Below, one piece after another: positions 8,418 through 15,397 of a stretch of DNA of 40,954 bases. Under the pieces are notes generated by a model. That model was not told the DNA's origin. It saw nothing but the letters and a program-made list of their open reading frames with translations, and did no database searches. A program made the position numbers and the translations under genes. Location: positions 1 through 40,954 of the IMG/VR virus record IMGVR_UViG_3300026484_000005; one strand, written 5' to 3'. Every line of letters starts with the position of its first letter. The stretch's first letter is position 1. Origin of the DNA: a virus.

Positions 8418-9273
8418 ACCTCAAAAAGGTAAAGCTTTTGACCAATTACCTAAAAAGACACTAGAAACATTTGAGGATACTCTTTATGCAGTATCAACTA
8501 AGTTTGATGGGAACCAAATATTTATAACTAAAACAGGTGATAAAATTGAGTTCTTCACTAGTGATTGGAAACAATTTGATATGCCTCTTATAGCAGAGAG
8601 ATACTCTCTGCTACTTAGAGATACTGCTGACTGTATTATAGTCTCTGAGATGAACTATGGGGAAGGCAGGGGAAAACTAGGTGATAGAACTACTGTTCAA
8701 GGAAAGATAACTACTGAAAGAGTTAACTTTAAGAAAGGTCTTGGCTGTTCACTAGATGAGTCTAAAGTTGTTATAAATACATTTGACTTTATTGAAGCAG
8801 ATACAGATAGTCTAACATATGCTCAAAGACATGATAGAGGCTCTACAATAGGTCTATCAATGGTTGACATTAAAGTTATGACTGGTAAACAAGCTGTAGC
8901 TTATGTAAAAGCATTAGTTCATGATGGATGGGAAGGTGGTATGCTTATTGAGCCAGACTCACTGTATCAAGCTGGTAAAAGAGTTAACTATAGTATAAAA
9001 CTAAAGTATCGTAAAACTGCTGATTTACTTTGTGTGGGTACAGAAGAAGGTGAAGGTAAATATGAAGGTATGATTGGTAGTTTAGTTCTACAGGATAAAA
9101 AAGGTAGAATTGTTAAAGTTGGTAGTGGTTTAAGTGATAATTCTAGAGGTGAAGAACCTAGTTATTTTATTGGTAAAGTTATAGAGATTGAGTATGAGCA
9201 AATACTGGATACTTATATTCAACCAACACTTCTAGGTATAAGATTTGATAAAACAAAAGAGGAGACAGATTAA
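8383..9273 (+). CDS. ATP-dependent DNA ligase
   Basis: Adenylation motif I 'STKFDGNQ' (KxDG). 'EGGMLIEP' and 'IKLKYRK' motifs. Start trimmed to ATG 8383, which has GGAG 7 nt upstream, rather than the track start at 8326. Confidence 0.85.
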   Translation: MNESYKNLLKSKPQKGKAFDQLPKKTLETFEDTLYAVSTKFDGNQIFITKTGDKIEFFTSDWKQFDMPLIAERYSLLLRDTADCIIVSEMNYGEGRGKLGDRTTVQGKITTERVNFKKGLGCSLDESKVVINTFDFIEADTDSLTYAQRHDRGSTIGLSMVDIKVMTGKQAVAYVKALVHDGWEGGMLIEPDSLYQAGKRVNYSIKLKYRKTADLLCVGTEEGEGKYEGMIGSLVLQDKKGRIVKVGSGLSDNSRGEEPSYFIGKVIEIEYEQILDTYIQPTLLGIRFDKTKEETD

Positions 9274-9768
9274 ATGGAAGCGTTTATTAGAACTAAGAGG
9301 ATTAATGCAAAACCTATGACTAGGTTAGAGTATAATAAGTTTAGAGGTTGGGAGTTGCCATCAGATGAAAATGGCTCAGATGAAGGTATGCTAGTTGAGT
9401 ATGTAGATGAGGGTAAGCCTAACACAGATGAGTTTAAAGGTTATGTGTCTTGGTCTCCTCTAGATGTGTTTAACAGAGCTTACACACCTATTAGGGGTAT
9501 GACTTTTGGAGAAGCTATTCAAGCAATGAAAGAAGGTCAAAAGGTTTGCAGAGCTGGTTGGAATAGTAAAGGTATGTTTATTTACTATGTTGAAGCTAAT
9601 AAGTATCCAGCTAATGGGAATAAGAAAGGAACAATGGTTGGAGTATTTGAAGATGATATGGTGCCATATCAAGCATATATAGCTATGAAGACAGCCAATA
9701 ATACTGTAGTACCTTGGCTGGCTAGTCAAAGTGATATGTTAGATACCAGTTGGGAGGTAATAGATTAA
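9274..9768 (+). CDS. Two-domain protein: conserved phage N-terminal domain plus C-terminal DUF2829 (Tad2-family) domain
   Basis: C-terminal half 'MTFGEAIQAMKEGQKVCRAGWNSKGMFIYY...AYIAMKTANNTVVPWLASQSDMLDTSWEV' follows the DUF2829 consensus (F-x-E-A...G-x-K-v-x-R-x-G-W ... W-x-A-S-Q-x-D-x-L-x-x-D/S-W). Confidence 0.75.
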   Translation: MEAFIRTKRINAKPMTRLEYNKFRGWELPSDENGSDEGMLVEYVDEGKPNTDEFKGYVSWSPLDVFNRAYTPIRGMTFGEAIQAMKEGQKVCRAGWNSKGMFIYYVEANKYPANGNKKGTMVGVFEDDMVPYQAYIAMKTANNTVVPWLASQSDMLDTSWEVID

Positions 9769-9977
9769 TGAGCAAGATTGTAGTTAGATTACATACTGAT
9801 AAGACATCAGGAGATATTCAGATAAAGATAAAAAGTGAATGTACTCTCAACGAGTTAAGAGCTACTGTAGGTTACTTAATGGCAGGCTTAGCTGCTAACA
9901 CTAATATTGAAACTTTAGAAGCTATGGTAGCTGAAATAAAAACAGACATGGAGAACAATGATGAAAGTAATTCTTGA
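9768..9977 (+). CDS. Hypothetical protein (69 aa)
   Basis: ATG 9768 overlaps the upstream TAA by 1 nt, with GGGAGG upstream. No recognisable motif. Confidence 0.5.
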   Translation: MSKIVVRLHTDKTSGDIQIKIKSECTLNELRATVGYLMAGLAANTNIETLEAMVAEIKTDMENNDESNS

Positions 9978-10569
9978 AGATTATAACAACAGAACAGAGG
10001 AAATGGCAGCAACAGGTGCAGCTATTTGCTACAATAGTAAACCAAAAAATTTAGGTCTTATTAAAACTATGAAAGAGCATAAACACTTAGCTACATTTAG
10101 ATTTGCTTATGCGGTTATTAAGATTGAGGATATTTCAACTATTGGTGCGGTACAAACACTTAGAACAAGTTTTGCAGATATGATAGATAGTGATAGTCAC
10201 TTATGGGAGTCACAAAGATATGTTAAGCAAAGTGAAAGAGAATTTGTTGTTCCACCCTGTGAATATTTAAGGGGAGATGATAAACTAGCGACCCCAGCTA
10301 TATTTAAAGACATAAACAAAATGTCTAAAGATGCTTACAACGAACTCATAAGAATTGGTGTTAGAAAAGAAGATGCAAGATTTGCTTTAACTAGAGCAGT
10401 AACAACAGATTTATATATTGCTGGAAATATGCAGATGTGGAGTCAATTCTTAAAGCTTAGAACAGACAAGCACGCACAATGGGAAATTAGAGCTATAGCA
10501 AACGAGATAGCTTTAGTTTTATCTGAGAAGTTTCCTCGGATTATGCAGGAGTTTGTAGATGGGAACTAA
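9958..10569 (+). CDS. thyX: ThyX-like flavin-dependent thymidylate synthase homologue (divergent signature)
   Basis: C-terminal 'FLKLRTDKHAQWEIR' and 'WESQRY' match ThyX blocks. The canonical RHR block reads 'TLRTSF'. Confidence 0.65.
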   Translation: MMKVILEDYNNRTEEMAATGAAICYNSKPKNLGLIKTMKEHKHLATFRFAYAVIKIEDISTIGAVQTLRTSFADMIDSDSHLWESQRYVKQSEREFVVPPCEYLRGDDKLATPAIFKDINKMSKDAYNELIRIGVRKEDARFALTRAVTTDLYIAGNMQMWSQFLKLRTDKHAQWEIRAIANEIALVLSEKFPRIMQEFVDGN

Positions 10570-10822
10570 CAAGTTTAAAAAGAAAAGTTTATACATTCTA
10601 GAAGTTTTTATTGTAAATGGTGATAAGCTCAAACATGGCTGGAAGAAACAAATGCAAGTAGTTTTAACAACTAAGGGGGTTTTTATTTCAGCTATTGAGA
10701 ATGCTCCTGACTGGACTGACTTTATTAATGGCAAAAAGTATAATGTGGAAGTTAGTGAAGGCTCAGGACATTTGTGGATAGCTAAACCAAGGCTAAGCTT
10801 TTTAGGAGGCTCAAATGGCTAA
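10559..10822 (+). CDS. Hypothetical protein (87 aa)
   Basis: ORF with operon-style overlaps at both ends. No motif recognised. Confidence 0.5.
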   Translation: MGTNKFKKKSLYILEVFIVNGDKLKHGWKKQMQVVLTTKGVFISAIENAPDWTDFINGKKYNVEVSEGSGHLWIAKPRLSFLGGSNG

Positions 10823-11834
10823 AAATATTTTTAATCCAGAATCTACTGAGGTATTTCACCCTATAGTTGGTGGTAATCCTGATGGGATAGCAGACTTTTC
10901 TAATCCCTCAAGAACTGTATATAAAACAATCTGGGATGGTATGTTAGATAGAACTTGGTTCCCCTCTCAAGTAGATTTATCAGGTGATATGCAAGCTATT
11001 CAACACCTTAGTCCTGCAGAAGTTAGAGCTTATAAGTTTGCTTTTGGTAAGTTGATATTTAATGACTCTGTTATAACTAACAGAATTATGGACAACATGA
11101 ACCCTTATATCACAGATCCAATAGCTAATGCTTGTTTAGCAAGGCAAAGTTTTGAGGAAGCACTACATAGTTCCTCATATGCTTATATAGGTGATGATGT
11201 TCTAAAAGAAGCTGGTATGGATAGTAAAGAGATTTATGAACTATTTAAAACTGACCCTAAACTTATTGCACTAGCTAAAGCTATTAATGCTGATTATGCA
11301 ATGTTTGATAAAGAAGGAGAGCCCACTTTTGAGGGTTTGTCTTTAGCAGCTATAGCCAATCTATCATTAGAAGGTGTTAGTTTTCCTGCTGGTTTTTCTG
11401 TAGTTTGGGCACTAGGTTCTAAAATGGTAGGCTCAGCATCTATGATTACTGAGATTAGTAAGGATGAACTAGGTAGTCATTTACCTCTTTATGCAAATAT
11501 CTACAAACATATTAAGCAAGACACTGGTGTTAATGCAGATATAAAAGCCAAGGAAATGCTTATAGCTTCTGTAGAAAGAGAGGTAGACTATTTGAAGTAC
11601 TCTACTGCTGGTGTTATGGGCTTTAATGACCAAGCTATAGACAATCTAATGTACTGGATAGGTAATGACCGCTTTAGAGAAGTAGGTTTTGGAAGAGAGT
11701 TTCCAGTAGCAAACAAAAATGATGGTCTCATAAGGCTGTTTAAGTCTTATAGTAAACTTAATGATACAAAAACTAACTTTTTTGAAGGCACAGTTAAAAA
11801 CTACTCTAAGAAAAAGCTAGACATGGACTTCTAG
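10815..11834 (+). CDS. nrdB: Ribonucleotide reductase small subunit (class I R2 / NrdB)
   Basis: Di-iron and radical blocks 'FNDSVITN' (Asp), 'EEALHSSSYAYI' (E-x-x-H plus radical Tyr), 'NLSLEGVSFPAGF' (Glu), 'EISKDELGSH' (E-x-x-H). C-terminal 'TNFFEGTVKNY' plus an acidic/hydrophobic tail. Confidence 0.85.
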   Translation: MAKNIFNPESTEVFHPIVGGNPDGIADFSNPSRTVYKTIWDGMLDRTWFPSQVDLSGDMQAIQHLSPAEVRAYKFAFGKLIFNDSVITNRIMDNMNPYITDPIANACLARQSFEEALHSSSYAYIGDDVLKEAGMDSKEIYELFKTDPKLIALAKAINADYAMFDKEGEPTFEGLSLAAIANLSLEGVSFPAGFSVVWALGSKMVGSASMITEISKDELGSHLPLYANIYKHIKQDTGVNADIKAKEMLIASVEREVDYLKYSTAGVMGFNDQAIDNLMYWIGNDRFREVGFGREFPVANKNDGLIRLFKSYSKLNDTKTNFFEGTVKNYSKKKLDMDF

Positions 11835-11835
11835 T

Positions 11836-12123
11836 ATGGGCTACCATCTACCTACATATGGTGAAGCACACACTAAAGTAAAGTTAAGTCTAACTATGGT
11901 AGATGGTGTGTTTAAAGGAGATGCACTACCAAAGTGCAGACCTAGAATGTCTAGAAAAGAGGCTAGTGCTCACTATAGTAAAAAGTTTAGTAACTACTGG
12001 GATGAGATGTTTAAGACTGAGTTTCCTAATAAGGCTGACAGGCACAAGATTATAAGAGCTATATGTACTAATTCATTGGTGTATAGAAGGTTTTGCTCTA
12101 AGAAAGGCTTATGTGATGATTAG
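11836..12123 (+). CDS. Hypothetical protein (95 aa, basic, Cys-containing)
   Basis: ORF starts 1 nt after the nrdB stop. No motif recognised. Confidence 0.5.
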   Translation: MGYHLPTYGEAHTKVKLSLTMVDGVFKGDALPKCRPRMSRKEASAHYSKKFSNYWDEMFKTEFPNKADRHKIIRAICTNSLVYRRFCSKKGLCDD

Positions 12124-12155
12124 GTTAGCTATTGTGTATATTATGTTAGGGCCTC

Positions 12156-12183
12156 TTGACAGCACCAAAGGTAGTGTTATAAG
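12156..12183 (+). promoter_or_regulatory. Sigma70-type promoter: TTGACA, 16-nt spacer, TGTTATAAG (extended -10)
   Basis: TTGACA at 12156-12161. TG at 12175-12176. TATAAG at 12178-12183. Lies in a 99-nt gap upstream of the AAGGAG RBS and ATG 12223. Confidence 0.5.
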
Positions 12184-12222
12184 AGTTAAACAAGACTTAT
12201 ATAAATTACTAGTAAGGAGTGC

Positions 12223-12492
12223 ATGGCAGAAGCAGCTTCCATAATTAGTAGGGTTTCAAGTGAGAATGACTTAAGTATAGTTATATTTGACTTGATAGAG
12301 TTCCTCATACTTGATGATACATTTAGTAGTGATGTAGATGATATTATACTTCAACTATTAAATGTTGTGGACAAAGAGTATATAGAGGTTAGTAAGGATG
12401 TTATAGCATCTACAAGAGAGTTTTATAGGCTATTAGAGGAGGAGATAAGTGACAGAGCAACAAATACAGAAAAAGATAACAACCTATCTTGA
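12223..12492 (+). CDS. Strongly acidic hypothetical protein (89 aa)
   Basis: Own promoter and a strong RBS ('GTAAGGAGTGCATG'). D/E-rich sequence. Confidence 0.55.
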   Translation: MAEAASIISRVSSENDLSIVIFDLIEFLILDDTFSSDVDDIILQLLNVVDKEYIEVSKDVIASTREFYRLLEEEISDRATNTEKDNNLS

Positions 12493-12730
12493 GAAAAGAG
12501 GTTGCTATGTAGTTAAGGTAGTTAGTGCAACTAAGGCAGGTGTGCCTGATATTCTGGGTTGTTATGAGGGAGTATTTTTTGGTATAGAGGTTAAAACACC
12601 TAAAACTAGAAATAATGTTTCTAAGCTTCAAGAGTACAACCTAGATAAAATTAGAGAGGCTGATGGACACTCACTAGTTGCTTGGAATGTTGAGCAAGTA
12701 GAAGAGTTTATCAATGGGTTACTACTATGA
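12449..12730 (+). CDS. VRR-NUC / PD-(D/E)xK nuclease (Holliday-junction-resolvase-like)
   Basis: 'GVPDILGC...FFGIEVKTPK...LSKLQEYNLDKIREADG' gives the D...E-x-K core typical of VRR-NUC. GTG start at 12449 with GGAGGAG 5 nt upstream. Confidence 0.7.
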   Translation: MTEQQIQKKITTYLEKRGCYVVKVVSATKAGVPDILGCYEGVFFGIEVKTPKTRNNVSKLQEYNLDKIREADGHSLVAWNVEQVEEFINGLLL

Positions 12731-12890
12731 CAACTGAAGACTTTGTTAATGTATTTGTAGATTTTCTCAGGAGCATCCTGAGTTAAACATTAATATAGAA
12801 ACTATACAAATGTATGCTGATAGAGCAGAAGATTTAACTTATGCTGAATTAATGGAGGAGCTATATGAGGATTTTTGGGGTAGACTATGA
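12727..12890 (+). pseudogene. Small gene split over two frames (19-aa plus 26-aa pieces); possible homopolymer indel or two mini-ORFs
   Basis: ATG 12727 overlaps the upstream TGA, and TGA 12888-12890 overlaps the downstream ATG 12887. One extra T in the T4 run at 12762-12765 would fuse both pieces into a 54-aa ORF. Confidence 0.3.
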
Positions 12891-13102
12891 GTAAAGACAC
12901 TGGATTACTTCAGTTAGCTGGTATGCAAGCACTTAGTACTTTGAATGAGGTACTAAGTGAACTAACACAGCAGATTGAAATACTTAAAGATGAACAAGAT
13001 GAGTACAGAAGAAAGTGGCTAGAAGCTATAGATGCTGTTGTAGAGGTTGGTAATGAAAATTCAAACATCAAACAGATTTCTGGTAAATTAAAGGAAAAGT
13101 AA
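12887..13102 (+). CDS. Hypothetical coiled-coil protein (71 aa)
   Basis: ORF with heptad-like E/K/L composition. Confidence 0.5.
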   Translation: MSKDTGLLQLAGMQALSTLNEVLSELTQQIEILKDEQDEYRRKWLEAIDAVVEVGNENSNIKQISGKLKEK

Positions 13103-13104
13103 GA

Positions 13105-13317
13105 ATGAAGAAAAGTATATTAGCACAATTAATGATGACTATGTCAATGTCTACTGGGTTACAACAAGAGCCTATGGGCATTAGAAAAGCAAGAAGTATT
13201 CATAGGAATTGGAAAGACACTCAAACTGAAGAGGAAATAAATCTAGCTTTAGCTAAGGCCAGATTAAAGAGGAAGAGAAAGGCAAATAGAGGCCCTGGCT
13301 TCTCTAAAGGATGTTGA
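13105..13317 (+). CDS. Hypothetical basic protein (70 aa)
   Basis: ORF starts 2 nt after the upstream stop. K/R-rich C-terminus 'LAKARLKRKRKANRG'. Confidence 0.5.
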   Translation: MKKSILAQLMMTMSMSTGLQQEPMGIRKARSIHRNWKDTQTEEEINLALAKARLKRKRKANRGPGFSKGC

Positions 13318-13337
13318 TAGTGGAAACTATTCTAACT

Positions 13338-13418
13338 ATGGAACTTATTGCTTTATTTATTTTGGTATTAGATACATTATTATTAGTAGCTAATGGTTAC
13401 TACTATAATAAACTTTAA
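13338..13418 (+). CDS. Possible 26-aa hydrophobic mini-protein
   Basis: ATG...TAA encodes 'MELIALFILVLDTLLLVANGYYYNKL'. Below the ORF-track cutoff and has no clear RBS. Confidence 0.2.
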   Translation: MELIALFILVLDTLLLVANGYYYNKL

Positions 13419-13427
13419 GGTGTTGTA

Positions 13428-13523
13428 ATGAAGGGCCTACTAACAATAGCAGATATATTATTAATATCTGCTATACTATTTTTAACAGCAAAACTATGGT
13501 TGAACACTTGTAATGAGGAATGA
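13428..13523 (+). CDS. Possible 31-aa hydrophobic mini-protein
   Basis: 'MKGLLTIADILLISAILFLTAKLWLNTCNEE' with AAGG 8 nt upstream. Below the ORF-track cutoff. Confidence 0.25.
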   Translation: MKGLLTIADILLISAILFLTAKLWLNTCNEE

Positions 13524-13554
13524 CATAAAGTGGTATTAATATAAGGAGTACAAA

Positions 13555-14793
13555 ATGAAACCATTTAAACATCAAATGGAAAAGGCAGAACAATGTTGGG
13601 AAATTTTAAAAAACACTGGCTATGTATATTTAGCTGGAAAGCCCAGGTCTGGGAAAACATACACAAGTTTATTAATAGCAGAAAAAAGCGAAAAGATAAA
13701 CAGTGTATTAATTCTAACAAAGAAGGCAGCAATACCAGGCTGGGAGAAGTTTCTGAACAGTGCAACTCTCAAACACAAATATCATGTTACAAACTATGAG
13801 CAAGCTCATAAACTAACTAGTTCTGACTACGACCTAGTTATATTTGATGAGTCACACAATCTAGGAACACTAGGAAAACCAAGTCAAAGAATAAAAACTG
13901 TAAAGAAACTATGTTACAACATGCCACATATACACCTTAGTGGCACTGCAATAGTTGAGTCTCCTAATAGCATATTTCACCAAATGGGTCTGCATTACTA
14001 TACTCCTTTTGAGCACAAAAACTTTTATCACTTTTTTAAAGAGTATGGAGAACCTTACTACATAAAGGCTGCAGGCAGAGAAATACAGCAGTATGATAGA
14101 TATAAACCTGAACTCCTAGAAAAGATTAATGAGTTTACAGTTTATATGACCCAAGAAGATGCTGGGATATCTAAGGATGTGCAAGCTATTGATAAGGTTC
14201 ACTATGTGGAACTAAGGGAGGCTACCAAGGAACTATATAATACTTTACAGAAAGACAATATAGCTAAGGTTTATAAAGAATGTAATATACACAGCGAACC
14301 TAGTATCTGGAATAACTCATCAGAAGTTTACGACCTAGTTTGTGATACAACTATGAAGCTAAGAACTTCCTTACATATGCTAGAGTCTGGCATAGCTAAA
14401 GTGGATGATGAGTATATTGACTTAGGTAATAATGAGAAGATAGACTACATCTATGATACTTTTGGTGATACAGAAGATGTTGGGATTATGTGTCACTTTG
14501 TAGGTGAGAGACAGAAGCTAGAGAGGAGGTTTAAACATGCAACAATATATAGTAGTTCTGCCCATGCTGAGGGAGTTGACCTTAGCCATCTTAAGCACTT
14601 TGTTATTCTTAGTTCTGACTATTCAGGTGCTAAGTTCATTCAAAGACGGGACAGAGTAGTTAATGTAAATGGTAGTAATACCACAGTAGTTAACCACATA
14701 CTTGTAAAGAAAGCTATATCTGAACAAGTGTATAAAAAGGTGAGTAAGAAAGAAGACTTCAACAACTCTACTTATGAGAGAAGAGCTTTATAG
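13555..14793 (+). CDS. SF2 (SNF2/DEAD-like) DNA helicase
   Basis: Walker A 'GKPRSGKT', motif II 'VIFDESHN', motif III 'LSGTA', motif VI 'FIQRRDR'. AAGGAG RBS. Confidence 0.8.
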   Translation: MKPFKHQMEKAEQCWEILKNTGYVYLAGKPRSGKTYTSLLIAEKSEKINSVLILTKKAAIPGWEKFLNSATLKHKYHVTNYEQAHKLTSSDYDLVIFDESHNLGTLGKPSQRIKTVKKLCYNMPHIHLSGTAIVESPNSIFHQMGLHYYTPFEHKNFYHFFKEYGEPYYIKAAGREIQQYDRYKPELLEKINEFTVYMTQEDAGISKDVQAIDKVHYVELREATKELYNTLQKDNIAKVYKECNIHSEPSIWNNSSEVYDLVCDTTMKLRTSLHMLESGIAKVDDEYIDLGNNEKIDYIYDTFGDTEDVGIMCHFVGERQKLERRFKHATIYSSSAHAEGVDLSHLKHFVILSSDYSGAKFIQRRDRVVNVNGSNTTVVNHILVKKAISEQVYKKVSKKEDFNNSTYERRAL

Positions 14794-14800
14794 CTCTTCT
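14779..14800. terminator. 9-bp perfect hairpin at the convergence point of the plus and minus transcription units
   Basis: AGAAGAGCT-TTAT-AGCTCTTCT overlaps the helicase stop codon. There is no clear U-tract on either strand. Confidence 0.35.
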
Positions 14801-14827
14801 AGTATAGTAGTAATAATGGTACATTTA

Positions 14828-15397
14828 TTAATTTTCTGTATCCTTTGATAAGTCTATAATAGTCTCATACTTAGGAGCACTATTAACTTGTCTAAGTTTA
14901 ATATAGTCATTATTGTCACCAAATTCTAGTATTTCAAATATACCTGGTTTTATAAGGACTTCTTCTCCCTCTTCAAAATGACTAGAACCCCCAACACTAT
15001 ATTGAGGTATATCTGAATTATCAAATTCTATCAATATTGGCTCATGATTCCTTAGGTAATTATCTTTATCCTTATAATATAGAGCAGTGTCTAAATCATC
15101 TGTTGAAGATACCATATCATTTATCTTAACATAGCTATTCATTCTACCTTCAAATATATTATTATATTGCTCAGTAGGTATTAACTGACCTCTGAAGGTA
15201 TTTTTATCATAGTTTCCTCTTAGCTTAAACATATCTTTGAGTTCTTTAGGTAAATTTTCAGAATGGCCTATAGAATGGTCTACATTGAAATAATTATTTA
15301 ATATTTCTTGTATATTTGGGTTACTATTTAAGTACTCATCTAGATGCTCACCACTTATACTATCTAATGCTGCCTTCAATAATTTATCACATTTCAT
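14828..15397 (-). CDS. ADP-ribosyltransferase-like protein (R-S-E class)
   Basis: Ordered 'TFRGQ' (Arg region), 'MVSSTDDLDTA' (S-T-S-like region) and 'EEGEEVLIKPGIFEI' (E-x-E followed by VL[IL]xPG). ATGA overlap with the upstream virion gene. Confidence 0.55.
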   Translation of the reverse strand: MKCDKLLKAALDSISGEHLDEYLNSNPNIQEILNNYFNVDHSIGHSENLPKELKDMFKLRGNYDKNTFRGQLIPTEQYNNIFEGRMNSYVKINDMVSSTDDLDTALYYKDKDNYLRNHEPILIEFDNSDIPQYSVGGSSHFEEGEEVLIKPGIFEILEFGDNNDYIKLRQVNSAPKYETIIDLSKDTEN

